Part shown: positions 55,023 to 64,000 of the stretch, one piece after another
Layout of the letters: every line of letters starts with the position of its first letter
Position numbering within the stretch: the stretch's first letter is position 1
DNA from: Synergistales bacterium
GTDB taxonomy: Bacteria; Synergistota; Synergistia; Synergistales; JAFGMB01
Assembly (NCBI GenBank): GCA_963666205.1
Contig: OY762654.1
Coordinates: 640,001-704,000, forward strand
Length of the DNA: 64,000 bases
Direction: 5' to 3'
Notes under the pieces: generated by a model
The model's input: the letters and a program-made list of their open reading frames with translations, nothing else
The model's database searches: none
What the model was told of the DNA's origin: nothing
Translations under genes and position numbers: made by a program

Positions 55023-57107
55023 CTAATACCTTAACGGACAACTTTCCCACAGGGGGTTGCCCAGAGCAAACCCAAGGGTAAAATCATTCTCTTCGTTCCA
55101 GAGAATCAGAAACTTGCCATCAAAAAAATATCCTGGAACAGAGAATCCAAGACCTGCCTCCCATACCTCAGTAATACCTTCCCATTCATCATCCCAGGCA
55201 TATCCATATCCAGCCATAAAATCAGCAGTCAGCCTACCCCACCAACTGGAAAAAAGCTCTTTCCTCAATACGATGTTTGTCCATGCCATTCTTTCTGCTC
55301 TTACGGGGTTATCAGCATAACTATATAATTCTTCACGAGCACCAAGATAGACAGAAAGATCAGGATTTGAAAGATCCCCTTCAGCAAAACCAGCCCGGAA
55401 TGCAGAAGACCACTTATCTGAAAAACAAGATGCACTTGTAAATTCTGTTCTCATAACAGGCTCATCCATGTCAGGCCACCAGATACAACTGGTAAGGTTC
55501 ATCCCCTTCTTCTTATCCTTATCAAAAGTATCGATGGAGGCAAAGAATAAGGGTCCCCAGAATGAGTTATCAAAATCATCCAGAGTATTCAATTTAAACA
55601 CCAATCCCAGCCCTAGATCGAAAAGACCAGCCTTGAATATACGGGAGAGGACCATGCTATAATCTTCCCATTCAAGAAATGGGGAATTCGAGGGGGTCAG
55701 GTCCCATTTCTCAGCTGCCAGGGACAGGTTCCAACTCCCATAATCATCAGCCGAGGACATGTAATCCAGGCCAAGACCCCACTGATCTCCTATTCGAAGA
55801 TCCAGCAACAGTTTATCACCATAATTGATGTAATCCCTATGGTTCAGATTGAACCTCAACCAGCGGTTGGAATGAAGGTTGGTGGCATATCCACCCATTT
55901 TTATTTCATAGGCAGCTTTTCTCTGAACTTCCAGAACTACCCTTACTTTATTTTCCGATTCTTCTATGTAATATTCTACCGAAAAAACATCATCCCTGGA
56001 TTTCAGGTCATTGCAGGCAACACGTATTTTCCCGGTATCTACAGGAAGGCCTATCCAATCACTATATTTTTTCTCAAGCTCTGTTTTAATCACCGGAGGG
56101 AATCCCCTGATCTTTATTTCATCAACTATCTTTGCTATGAGGGGTCTTGCGCACTCCAGAGGGGGAGCCTGCTGAACAAGTTTTAGAATAAGCGGGATAT
56201 CATCTTCTATGGCGATCCTGCCAGCATGAATGATCTCTGATGATCTCGCAACATCCAGAAGTGGAATATCTTCATGTATATCCGGCCTGATAACTATTTC
56301 TGCAGTAGCGATTTCCCTGTCTATATTCTGCATTGTCATGATCGTAATGGATTGATCGACCACGTCTATGATGGACCTGAGGTTATTTCTCATGAGAAGC
56401 GGACTTGTCACATTCACCGCTATCACAGGATAACCAGGGAATAGTTCTCGAGCTGTTGAGACGGGCATATTTGATACCAGGCCCCCATCTACAAGCAGTT
56501 TCCCCTCTATTGGCCATGGTTCAAATATGGCAGGAATAGCCATTGATGCCCGCATGGCAGAAGCAAGACTTCCCCGCCTTAGAACTACCTTTTTACCAGT
56601 TTCAAGATCTGTTGCTATCGCAGCAAAGGGAATACAAAGGTTATTAAAATTTACAACATCTACATTCAATGCAAGCTGGGCAAATCTATCAAGTAACTCG
56701 ACTCCAGATTCACTTCCCAATGGCCCAGTGATCTGACCTTTTTCATTGAGAGATATCCAGGGCAATCCCCCCGCAGAGAGCTGCTCTCTTCCCAGTGCAA
56801 CAAAAATCCTTTCAGATGGGTGGCTTAAAAGAGCGGTCAGATCTGTTCCTGAAATTATATCTCTGAGTTGTGATGCCTTATAACCGCTGGCATATAGACC
56901 TCCGATTATCGCTCCTATACTGGTACCAACGATCCCGGCAACGGGAATATTATTCTCTTCAAGGACTTCCAGAACACCAATATGAGCAAGCCCCCTGCTT
57001 CCTCCACCAGAAAGGGCAAGGACAACCCCCCCTTGTGCATAAAGAGAAGAAGTACACAGATGAATTACCAGAAGAGACAGCATAAAACAGCCGGATAGAG
57101 ATCTCAA
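55023..57107 (-). CDS. Patatin-like phospholipase with probable POTRA and C-terminal beta-barrel (PlpD-like)
   Basis: LSGGGSRG.AHIG, GTSIG, AS.AIP, DGG; aromatic-rich amphipathic C-terminal strands. Confidence 0.85.
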   Translation of the reverse strand: MRSLSGCFMLSLLVIHLCTSSLYAQGGVVLALSGGGSRGLAHIGVLEVLEENNIPVAGIVGTSIGAIIGGLYASGYKASQLRDIISGTDLTALLSHPSERIFVALGREQLSAGGLPWISLNEKGQITGPLGSESGVELLDRFAQLALNVDVVNFNNLCIPFAAIATDLETGKKVVLRRGSLASAMRASMAIPAIFEPWPIEGKLLVDGGLVSNMPVSTARELFPGYPVIAVNVTSPLLMRNNLRSIIDVVDQSITIMTMQNIDREIATAEIVIRPDIHEDIPLLDVARSSEIIHAGRIAIEDDIPLILKLVQQAPPLECARPLIAKIVDEIKIRGFPPVIKTELEKKYSDWIGLPVDTGKIRVACNDLKSRDDVFSVEYYIEESENKVRVVLEVQRKAAYEIKMGGYATNLHSNRWLRFNLNHRDYINYGDKLLLDLRIGDQWGLGLDYMSSADDYGSWNLSLAAEKWDLTPSNSPFLEWEDYSMVLSRIFKAGLFDLGLGLVFKLNTLDDFDNSFWGPLFFASIDTFDKDKKKGMNLTSCIWWPDMDEPVMRTEFTSASCFSDKWSSAFRAGFAEGDLSNPDLSVYLGAREELYSYADNPVRAERMAWTNIVLRKELFSSWWGRLTADFMAGYGYAWDDEWEGITEVWEAGLGFSVPGYFFDGKFLILWNEENDFTLGFALGNPLWESCPLRY

Positions 57108-57413
57108 GATATCACTCCCTCGTGCCAGTTCAGGGGGTAATGAATTTATTTTACAAGACCATTTTAACTTAGCAAATCAATGAAAACAAACATTTCCTTT
57201 TTCAGCTTTTTTAAAGTTCTGGAGGACATGAAAGGTTTGACAGTTATCTGTTTATCTGGAAATACATCAGTTTCAATAAATTTACAGATTTTTTACAAAG
57301 ACTCCTGCTGATCCGGATGTAAAAGGGAGAACACAGGAATTCAGTCTTTTTCAGAAGAAGTTATATGCTGGAGGAGGGAATGGTTTCAGGACTCCATTTA
57401 ACCAAAAGGTTTA

Positions 57414-58811
57414 TCAGGGTTTTTCCTTTCCATCCCATTCATTCTTCAATCTCTGGACAATTTGGGGGAAATCCCTGATGATCTGAAAAAAACGCAGACC
57501 TATAAGGTTAAGCTTTGAAGAAGAAGACTCTACAGGTTCCTCCCCTGCAAGTTCTATAACAGGAGATTTCGGTCGGGCAAGGACCTGACTCGGATAAACA
57601 CTTCTATGCCCACAGACAAAGAAGGAGGTAATGCACGAGATAGCCGCCATAGCGGCTATTTTCCCACCAAACAGTTCAATGGCCATTATAGTAGCAGCGA
57701 TAGGAGTATTGGCACATCCGGAAAGGACAGATACAAAACCAAGGGGACCATAAAGAAGGGGACTCAATCCAAAGATTGACGCAAAGGTTATACCGGAAGT
57801 GGCACCTATAAAGAATACTGGAGTGACAATTCCACCACTGCCCCCACAGCTGAGGGTAATACTTGTAAATATGGACTTCCAGAGGAAACTCCAGAATGGA
57901 ACGGTACCTCCGGTAAGAGCCGCATCGATGGTTTCTGTCCCAAGGCCAAGATACCTGTTACCAAGAAAAAGAGTAAGACCCAGAATTGTAATGGAACCAA
58001 CCAGAGCTTTGGAAACAAGGCCGCCCTTCATCCTCTTAAAAAGGAACTCGAAGAATCTGAGTATCTCGATATGCATGAAAGATACCATTCCAAAAAACAC
58101 ACCTGCAATTATAAGCCACATGAAAGAGGGAGCGGAAAGAGAAGGAATGATAGTTTCAGGAAGGGAATAATATGTCATTCCCAGTTTTTCTGCAACATGG
58201 TAGGATACGACACCGCTGATAAAAGACGGCAACATGACATCATAGTACATCTGCCCGATATAGAGCACTTCAAGGCCAAAAACAGCCCCGGCTATCGGGG
58301 TTCCGAAAACTGCTGAAAAACCAGCTGATATCCCGCATATAACAAGTTTTTTCCTATCAGTCTCATTAAAGCCCATAAAGTCGGCGAGACTTGACGTAAG
58401 ACCTGCTCCGATCTGCGCAGCAGGACCTTCCTTGCCGGCAGAACCACCAACTGCAAGTGTAATTATTGTAGTAACAAGCTTTACTGGAATAACTTTTATA
58501 TCGATTCGACCTGCTCGCTTGTGGATGGCCTCAATAACCTTTTCAGTTCCATGTCCCCTTGCTTCCGGGGCAAAATACCTGATGCTCAAGGTAGTAACAA
58601 TAATGCCAACGGGAAGAAGAAGATAGACCGAATGGGCTGGGAGATTCTTCACAAAATCAATGGCAAATTCAAGATTGTCAATAAAGAAAGCGGTCATTGT
58701 CCCTACCAGGGCTCCTGCAACCACAGCCATTATCAACCATTTAACAAGTGCATAAGTTAAAATAAATTCTTCTTTCATCACATGACCGATCTTATGTTTC
58801 AGCAGTACCAC
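57414..58811 (-). CDS. ClC/EriC-family chloride channel or Cl-/H+ antiporter
   Basis: GGSAGKEGP, FGTPIAGAVF.LE, GGIVTP.F..G, NTPI. Confidence 0.92.
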   Translation of the reverse strand: MVLLKHKIGHVMKEEFILTYALVKWLIMAVVAGALVGTMTAFFIDNLEFAIDFVKNLPAHSVYLLLPVGIIVTTLSIRYFAPEARGHGTEKVIEAIHKRAGRIDIKVIPVKLVTTIITLAVGGSAGKEGPAAQIGAGLTSSLADFMGFNETDRKKLVICGISAGFSAVFGTPIAGAVFGLEVLYIGQMYYDVMLPSFISGVVSYHVAEKLGMTYYSLPETIIPSLSAPSFMWLIIAGVFFGMVSFMHIEILRFFEFLFKRMKGGLVSKALVGSITILGLTLFLGNRYLGLGTETIDAALTGGTVPFWSFLWKSIFTSITLSCGGSGGIVTPVFFIGATSGITFASIFGLSPLLYGPLGFVSVLSGCANTPIAATIMAIELFGGKIAAMAAISCITSFFVCGHRSVYPSQVLARPKSPVIELAGEEPVESSSSKLNLIGLRFFQIIRDFPQIVQRLKNEWDGKEKP

Positions 58812-58978
58812 TCCGATTTGAATTGAAAAGATTTGATTCTGCAGATTCAGTATTACACAGTAACCCTATCGAGATATAACATTCTTTCATCACGTAAACA
58901 TTAGGAATATTATCACAATAGGGACCTAAACCAAAGGGAAGAGAACAGGTTTATTCTAAAAATACAAAAAATAAGAGG

Positions 58979-59431
58979 TTATACGGATATTACTAGAGCA
59001 TTCAGCACTATTTTCCATGCGGCAAGATCATCTATCTCTCTTGGTGGCAACTGGAGGGAAATGGGTATAAGTTTCCTTATACCTTTGGGAGGATGGAGTT
59101 TCCAATAAAGAGACCTGGCTCCAAGGGTTGTGCCATACTCCGATACAATTCGGGGAATATACCCCTTACTTTGTAAAAGGCCAAGATAGAAATTAGAGTA
59201 TGTACCTCCTCCAAGGATGATCTCCGGTTGAAAAACATCAGGAAGGCTATCAATAAAACCTTCGACAACGAAAGGTTTTAACTCATACCAGTTCGAATTC
59301 TCCAGAATAATAATAAATTCCTCAAAATCACTCCGGGAAATAATTCCTGAGAGAAGGAGTTCTCCCTTTCCAGAAACAAAAGCCCAACCGACCTTGAAAG
59401 TTCCCGGATCGATGCCTAGGTAAATATTCAT
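58979..59431 (-). CDS. YqgF/RuvX-like RNase H-fold nuclease
   Basis: LGIDPG..KVG.A, E.GTTL.AR..YW, DDLAA; ATG overlaps upstream stop. Confidence 0.75.
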   Translation of the reverse strand: MNIYLGIDPGTFKVGWAFVSGKGELLLSGIISRSDFEEFIIILENSNWYELKPFVVEGFIDSLPDVFQPEIILGGGTYSNFYLGLLQSKGYIPRIVSEYGTTLGARSLYWKLHPPKGIRKLIPISLQLPPREIDDLAAWKIVLNALVISV

Positions 59432-60330
59432 TTCCCTAGTGTACTTGCCCATCTGGGATAAAGCCAGAACCACTGCTCCGGGTAAAGCTTTATCCATGTA
59501 CTCAGGATGTCATTACATACTTCTGTTGATCTCTCAACATCCTCTCCGAAGGGTTTCCCTTCCGGATCTTCAAGGGGAGGCAGTATATGGATATCATGGT
59601 GGATATGATCTTCCTTCCTCACTATAAAAACAGGAAGGACAGGACATCCCAGTTTATGGGCAATCTTCACCGGACCATAGGGAGTACTTGCAGGCAGGTC
59701 AAGGAAAGGAACGACGACTCCCTTTTCCTTGGCATCCTGATCAATCAGGATGCCAAGGATCTCTCCTCTTCGAAGACACTGGATGGCGCTTTTCAGGCTG
59801 AAACCCTTGCTGATAGTTTTCACACCCAACTTATTTCTTGTTTCAATGATAAGATCAGTGATCCTGGGATCTCTCTGCCGGGCACCAATGGCATTCATGG
59901 GAAATCCTCGTTTTGCAACGCTGGCTGCAAGCAATTCCCAGTTTCCGAAATGGGCAGTCAGGAAAATGACACCCTTTCCCTTTTTCATTGCTTTTACAAG
60001 GTTGTCCTCTCCATGGAAGGTTACAAGCTCCTCAATGTTCTCAGTTTCTGACATCCGGAGAATCTCTGCTACTGAACGCCCAAGATTAGCATATGATTCT
60101 CTGACGATCTTTCTAGCCTTTGTCACACCTGTTCCCAGGGCCATTACAGCATTCTTTTCAGCTTTATCAACTTTTGTTTTGCTCAGGATCCATAACAGCA
60201 CCCCCATATCTGCTCCGACCCTTATGGAAAAGAAGCCCGGCAACTTTACAAATATGAATTTCAAAACATTGACAGTAATCCAAGTAAACTCCATTTTAAG
60301 TTTCAAGTTGTTTCCTCCTTTAACTTCCAT
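59428..60330 (-). CDS. Lipid A late acyltransferase (LpxL/HtrB family)
   Basis: TAHFGNWE, LIDQD, VPF, I..YPEQWFWLY.RW. Confidence 0.92.
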   Translation of the reverse strand: MEVKGGNNLKLKMEFTWITVNVLKFIFVKLPGFFSIRVGADMGVLLWILSKTKVDKAEKNAVMALGTGVTKARKIVRESYANLGRSVAEILRMSETENIEELVTFHGEDNLVKAMKKGKGVIFLTAHFGNWELLAASVAKRGFPMNAIGARQRDPRITDLIIETRNKLGVKTISKGFSLKSAIQCLRRGEILGILIDQDAKEKGVVVPFLDLPASTPYGPVKIAHKLGCPVLPVFIVRKEDHIHHDIHILPPLEDPEGKPFGEDVERSTEVCNDILSTWIKLYPEQWFWLYPRWASTLGK

Positions 60331-60412
60331 GATTATTATAGCTAAAGGTTTTGATTATGGGGCAAAATCGAGATATACTTAAATTATCAGAATATTTGGG
60401 AGGTAGTGCATT

Positions 60413-61222
60413 ATGCTTACAAGAATACTTTACCCTGTGGATCTGACGCCTCTGTCACAGAAAGGGCTTCAATGGGTTGCCAACCGTGTCTTAAGGGAAA
60501 GTTCTGAAATGGTTGCGGTTCATGTAGTAAACCCTGTTGTTGCAGGAATGGATACTCCCAGATACGTTCATGACGCAGAGATAAGTCTGGACACTCTATG
60601 TCAGACCGTCATTCCCGACCATATCCACTATAAAATAATAGCTGTTGCCGGGGAACAAATGGATATTTTACCACGAATAGCCCATTCGGAAAAATGTACC
60701 TTTGCCATACTGCCAGTCAGAAAAAATGAAGACATAGTTCCCCTTGTAAGACATATGGCCATTCCCCAGTTCCTTCTAAAGACAGAAGAAGGAGATCTAC
60801 CGGAAGAAGATGTGTTCAACCGTATAGTGATGGCTGTTGATCTATCCCCTGACAGGACAGATATTCTTATTAGCAAGATGAAAGACCTTCTTTCGGGATC
60901 ATCAGTCAATTCAGAAATAACGCTCCTTCACGGGGTGCCACTGGAAGAAGCACAAGGCTCCCAGATCCTCGTTAACGCCGCGGAAGAAGCGCTTCATGAG
61001 GTTGAGAACACGCTGAAGACATGGAACAGTTCTACTGTATCAGAACTGCTGAGCGGCCAGCCGGAGGAAGAACTTCCCCGGAGGATCAACGAGATCCATC
61101 CTACACTTCTCGTTGTGGGGCTTTCACTACATGGTGAATTATGGCAGCTCATACTGGGAAGCACAGCCATTGCTCTGATAGAAAATACGACATGCCCGGT
61201 GCTTATAATTCCCACTTCTTGA
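60413..61222 (+). CDS. Universal stress protein, two USP domains
   Basis: RILYPVD, RIVMAVDLS, LLHG, LGSTA..L.....CPVLIIP. Confidence 0.88.
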   Translation: MLTRILYPVDLTPLSQKGLQWVANRVLRESSEMVAVHVVNPVVAGMDTPRYVHDAEISLDTLCQTVIPDHIHYKIIAVAGEQMDILPRIAHSEKCTFAILPVRKNEDIVPLVRHMAIPQFLLKTEEGDLPEEDVFNRIVMAVDLSPDRTDILISKMKDLLSGSSVNSEITLLHGVPLEEAQGSQILVNAAEEALHEVENTLKTWNSSTVSELLSGQPEEELPRRINEIHPTLLVVGLSLHGELWQLILGSTAIALIENTTCPVLIIPTS

Positions 61223-61263
61223 CAGCATACCCCCGCTTGGTATAATACCCCTAAAGGGTATTA
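61219..61263 (+). promoter_or_regulatory. Sigma70 promoter with two CsoR/RcnR-like operator boxes
   Basis: TTGACA-16 bp-TATAAT overlapped by ATACCCCC..GGTAT and TAATACCC-N5-GGGTATTA. Confidence 0.65.
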
Positions 61264-61270
61264 TCAGGAG

Positions 61271-61729
61271 GTGGATTTGTTGTTAAGGACAGGTTCAGCA
61301 GTTTTATATCTTGCTGTTATAACTTTAGGATTGAAGTTTCCATTGCTGGGAATACTTGTTTTCGGGATTCTCGGCGTAATGGTTCTGGCAGGTCGAAGAA
61401 AGAAATGGTGTTCAAGTTACTGCCCAAGGGGGAGTTTCCTTGATCTTCTTATTTCCAGGATCTCACCACGAAAACCCATACCACGGTGGTTCTTCGGCAA
61501 ATTTTCGCGATATTCTGCCCTCACCATTTTTATTACTATATTCCTGTTACAGCTCTGGCGGGGACAGTTCTTTTTCGGATGGCCCGATAATGGATTAATA
61601 CAACTGGGCAAGATATTTGTCAGGATGTGCATTATATCCTCCGGTGTAGCCATTCCCCTGGCTCTATGGAAAAATCAGAGAACGTGGTGTTCCTTGTGCC
61701 CGGTAGGAAACCTTCTCAGAAGGATATAG
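61271..61729 (+). CDS. Small membrane protein with two CxxxCP motifs (NapH/YccM-like)
   Basis: WCSSYCPRG and WCSLCPVG with TM helices. Confidence 0.8.
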   Translation: MDLLLRTGSAVLYLAVITLGLKFPLLGILVFGILGVMVLAGRRKKWCSSYCPRGSFLDLLISRISPRKPIPRWFFGKFSRYSALTIFITIFLLQLWRGQFFFGWPDNGLIQLGKIFVRMCIISSGVAIPLALWKNQRTWCSLCPVGNLLRRI

Positions 61730-61749
61730 GCTTGCAAATCCCATGCAGC

Positions 61750-61794
61750 AACAAGAGGAGGGCGAATTCTTCAGGAATTCGCCCTCCTCTTGTT
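61750..61794. terminator. Bidirectional terminator
   Basis: aacaagaggagggcgaatt / aattcgccctcctcttgtt between convergent genes. Confidence 0.8.
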
Positions 61795-61803
61795 TTATGC
61801 GTC

Positions 61804-62610
61804 TCAGGATACCTGGTCATCAAAGGAAAGCTTTATAACCGCTTCAGAATTAATGACCCTGAATGTGAAGGACTCTGTCACGAACAGTCTTACTTTCTCT
61901 GTCGTTCTGCTGTGGTATCCTATGGAATAATCCTGGCCAATTATCATCTCCATATCGCCACCCCTGGTTGAGACCAGATAGGACTGATCAATGGAAGGAG
62001 AAAGGATTACACCTCCATCCGCAATCGATTCTATCCTTTTTTTCAGGGGATATCCCTCTGATTTGCTCAGAATCATATGCCAGAGATCTTTATCTGCTAC
62101 AAGGGTATATGGCCCTTCGACCGAATCTGAATCAAATTTGATCACGGCTCTTGAAAGAAGATCAACTACTCTGTTTCTGGAGCCGGAAATGATGTTCTCT
62201 TCCGCTACAGCAGAGATACCCTTTATAAATGCTGTATCCAGACCATTGTAAATGGTTTCTTCCTCGAAAAGAGCCATTTTACGGACAGCCTTTTCCAGAC
62301 CTGAAAGATCGGGATCCTTTGATCCCCTGGAAATATTATCGAGCTCCCATACATCAAGCTCAAAAAAAGCGCGACCTTCTACAAGAGGCATAACCTGGTG
62401 TATGCCATACTGGACCCCATCTTCTTCCTGATCAGGGGGAACGGATAGTCGACCCATGGAAGTGGCTGCATAATCCCAGCCGAAAGGTCCTCTTACATCT
62501 ATAAATTTCCTTGCCGAAAGGTTGGATCTGAGTATTCTCGATGCCTGGAGATCTATCTCTCCCCACGCCTCCTCAGTTATATTAGAAACTGTCCTTTTAA
62601 GGATGTCCAT
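61804..62610 (-). CDS. Family 1 encapsulin shell protein (Linocin M18-like)
   Basis: MDILKR...I...AW.EID, RKFIDV.GP.G, EE..I.NG, STRGGD....GQD.SIGY, ESFTF. Confidence 0.95.
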   Translation of the reverse strand: MDILKRTVSNITEEAWGEIDLQASRILRSNLSARKFIDVRGPFGWDYAATSMGRLSVPPDQEEDGVQYGIHQVMPLVEGRAFFELDVWELDNISRGSKDPDLSGLEKAVRKMALFEEETIYNGLDTAFIKGISAVAEENIISGSRNRVVDLLSRAVIKFDSDSVEGPYTLVADKDLWHMILSKSEGYPLKKRIESIADGGVILSPSIDQSYLVSTRGGDMEMIIGQDYSIGYHSRTTEKVRLFVTESFTFRVINSEAVIKLSFDDQVS

Positions 62611-62641
62611 ATACATTCCCTCCTTTAGCTATACAGTACGC

Positions 62642-62992
62642 TTATTTAAGACTCCCTATATTAAGGCTCCCACCAGATACTGGCCTACTATCCGTTGCAG
62701 CTTCAGTATCTTCTATCTCTGTAACCGGAACAGAAGTAAAAAGGTACGTACGTAATTCATCTTCCCATGCAGGCATATTTCTTCGAAGCCATTCTATTAC
62801 CATACAGGCATGTTCTATTTCTTCATTACGGTTATGCTCAAGAATGGCCTTGAGCGTTGGATCCTGGGTTGTAGCTACTCGCTGATGATACCAGTCCACA
62901 GCTTCAATCTCTTCTTTAAGGCTGTTTAAGGCACGAGAAAAATCTCTGTCCTGTTGATTGAGCTCTTCCGCAGGTTCATTATATGCTGACAT
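62642..62992 (-). CDS. Encapsulated ferritin-like cargo protein (EncFtn/Flp)
   Basis: RA..SL.EEIEAVDWY.QR, HNRNEE.EH..M..EWLRR, YLF; C-terminal GSLNIGSLK targeting peptide. Confidence 0.95.
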   Translation of the reverse strand: MSAYNEPAEELNQQDRDFSRALNSLKEEIEAVDWYHQRVATTQDPTLKAILEHNRNEEIEHACMVIEWLRRNMPAWEDELRTYLFTSVPVTEIEDTEAATDSRPVSGGSLNIGSLK

Positions 62993-63134
62993 TCATATCC
63001 CTCCTCATCAGAAATATTATTTTTAATGCAAGATATGGACAATATTATATCGCGACAGAGTATTAATTCAAAGTTTGACTCGATAAACCCCTTAACATCA
63101 GGCTAGTTGACTAGAGGAATGTGAGGTGTATTTT

Positions 63135-64000
63135 TCAGGAACGGGAACTGAGCATTTTTTCCAATCGGTCTATCCTGAAATAGATCAGATCATCAATAAA
63201 TTGCACGTGGTTGAGGGGATTACCGGACATACCAAAGAGATGGGAGGGGCAATTACATTCATATGTTCCAAAACAGGGAATTGACCATTCTGCTATGCTG
63301 GAAATAGCACTGACAAGGGCACCTTCCAGGTTATCCGCTGTGCGGATAGGTATGATTGTAACAATATCTGCCTTATTTCTCAGATAGTCTATATGCCAAG
63401 ACAAGTTTGTTCTTTTTCGACGATGTCTTTCCATCATTGAATCAAGATTTTTCTCCTCAGATTGCACGTAGACATAGAAACCTTTCCTGAAATCAAGCTC
63501 TCCCAGACTTCCTACCGTTTCCTTAATGTCATGTTTCAACTCAAGTATAACCATGTAGCAACCCCTGTCGCCGGAATCCTGCTCATATATATTCCATGGA
63601 ATTTCAAGCTCTTTTACCTCATTGTTCAGAAACAGATTATAATCCCATGAAACTGAAACGGCTCTGATCCTGATCACGTTGCGGTTTTTGAAAAGTACTT
63701 CTGCAAAGAGGGGATCAGTATGATATTCAGGGAGGAAAAATTCCGGCTCGGGGGAATGCACGAGGAAAAGAACAGAAACCTGATATCCCTTTCTTCCGAG
63801 GACAGCCAGTTCACTGACATGCCTGACAGCCCTTCTGGAAGGTGCATCTGGAAACATGGCTATTCTTTTCCCAAAGAGGGAACAGGATTTCACCTCAAGA
63901 ATCATTTGATTTTCTTCCCCCTCTAAAAGAAAATCAAAACGACTTTTTCCCAGGGTATACTCCTGTCTGATTACATGATAATTTACTAATGAAGGTATCC
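63135..64000 (-). CDS. sfsA: SfsA nuclease fused to a DUF123 (GIY-YIG/Uri-like) domain; 5' part outside the window
   Basis: Frame open to the window edge: SRFDFLL, EVKS, FPDAP..R..RH; then G.Y, YVY, WHIDYL, C.C.SHL. Confidence 0.85.
   Translation of the reverse strand, partial: IPSLVNYHVIRQEYTLGKSRFDFLLEGEENQMILEVKSCSLFGKRIAMFPDAPSRRAVRHVSELAVLGRKGYQVSVLFLVHSPEPEFFLPEYHTDPLFAEVLFKNRNVIRIRAVSVSWDYNLFLNNEVKELEIPWNIYEQDSGDRGCYMVILELKHDIKETVGSLGELDFRKGFYVYVQSEEKNLDSMMERHRRKRTNLSWHIDYLRNKADIVTIIPIRTADNLEGALVSAISSIAEWSIPCFGTYECNCPSHLFGMSGNPLNHVQFIDDLIYFRIDRLEKMLSSRS

Noticed and set aside
57228-57311. 27-codon plus-strand ORF after GGAGGA
   Set aside because: RBS too close to the ATG, no recognisable motif, no other support
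57414-58980. Fluoride-specific CLC-F with fluoride riboswitch
   Set aside because: Has GKEGP and not the GREGT-type CLC-F signature; no fluoride riboswitch consensus seen upstream

Overview
Bacterial chromosomal window, most likely a diderm anaerobe of the Synergistota type (inferred from Firmicutes-like housekeeping genes alongside a lipid A acyltransferase, TolC and a patatin/beta-barrel protein). Most genes lie on the minus strand. Housekeeping content: tRNA-tuf-rpmG-secE-nusG-rplKAJL cluster, rplM-rpsI, an rRNA operon (16S-23S-5S-5S), 10 intact tRNAs, a TetR-regulated RND pump, mgtE, an amiC-gerMN-rph-rdgB-secG-pncB operon, a peptide ABC transporter, proS, and an encapsulin with its ferritin-like cargo. 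Most interesting: (1) a compact relic after tRNA-Asn made of a 97-bp duplication, a tRNA 3' copy carrying a 20-bp perfect palindrome, and an unannotated GIY-YIG-like nuclease fragment whose stop codon lies in the copied anticodon loop; (2) two type IV pilus tip modules (pilVWX-pilY1 with a vWA domain; an orphan pilX-pilY1 with an Ig-like domain), the second downstream of a c-di-GMP-I riboswitch whose leader holds a 279-bp IS3-derived miniature element; (3) a stand-alone protein of three MshEN (c-di-GMP-binding) modules with no ATPase. All calls are by eye; no searches were run.
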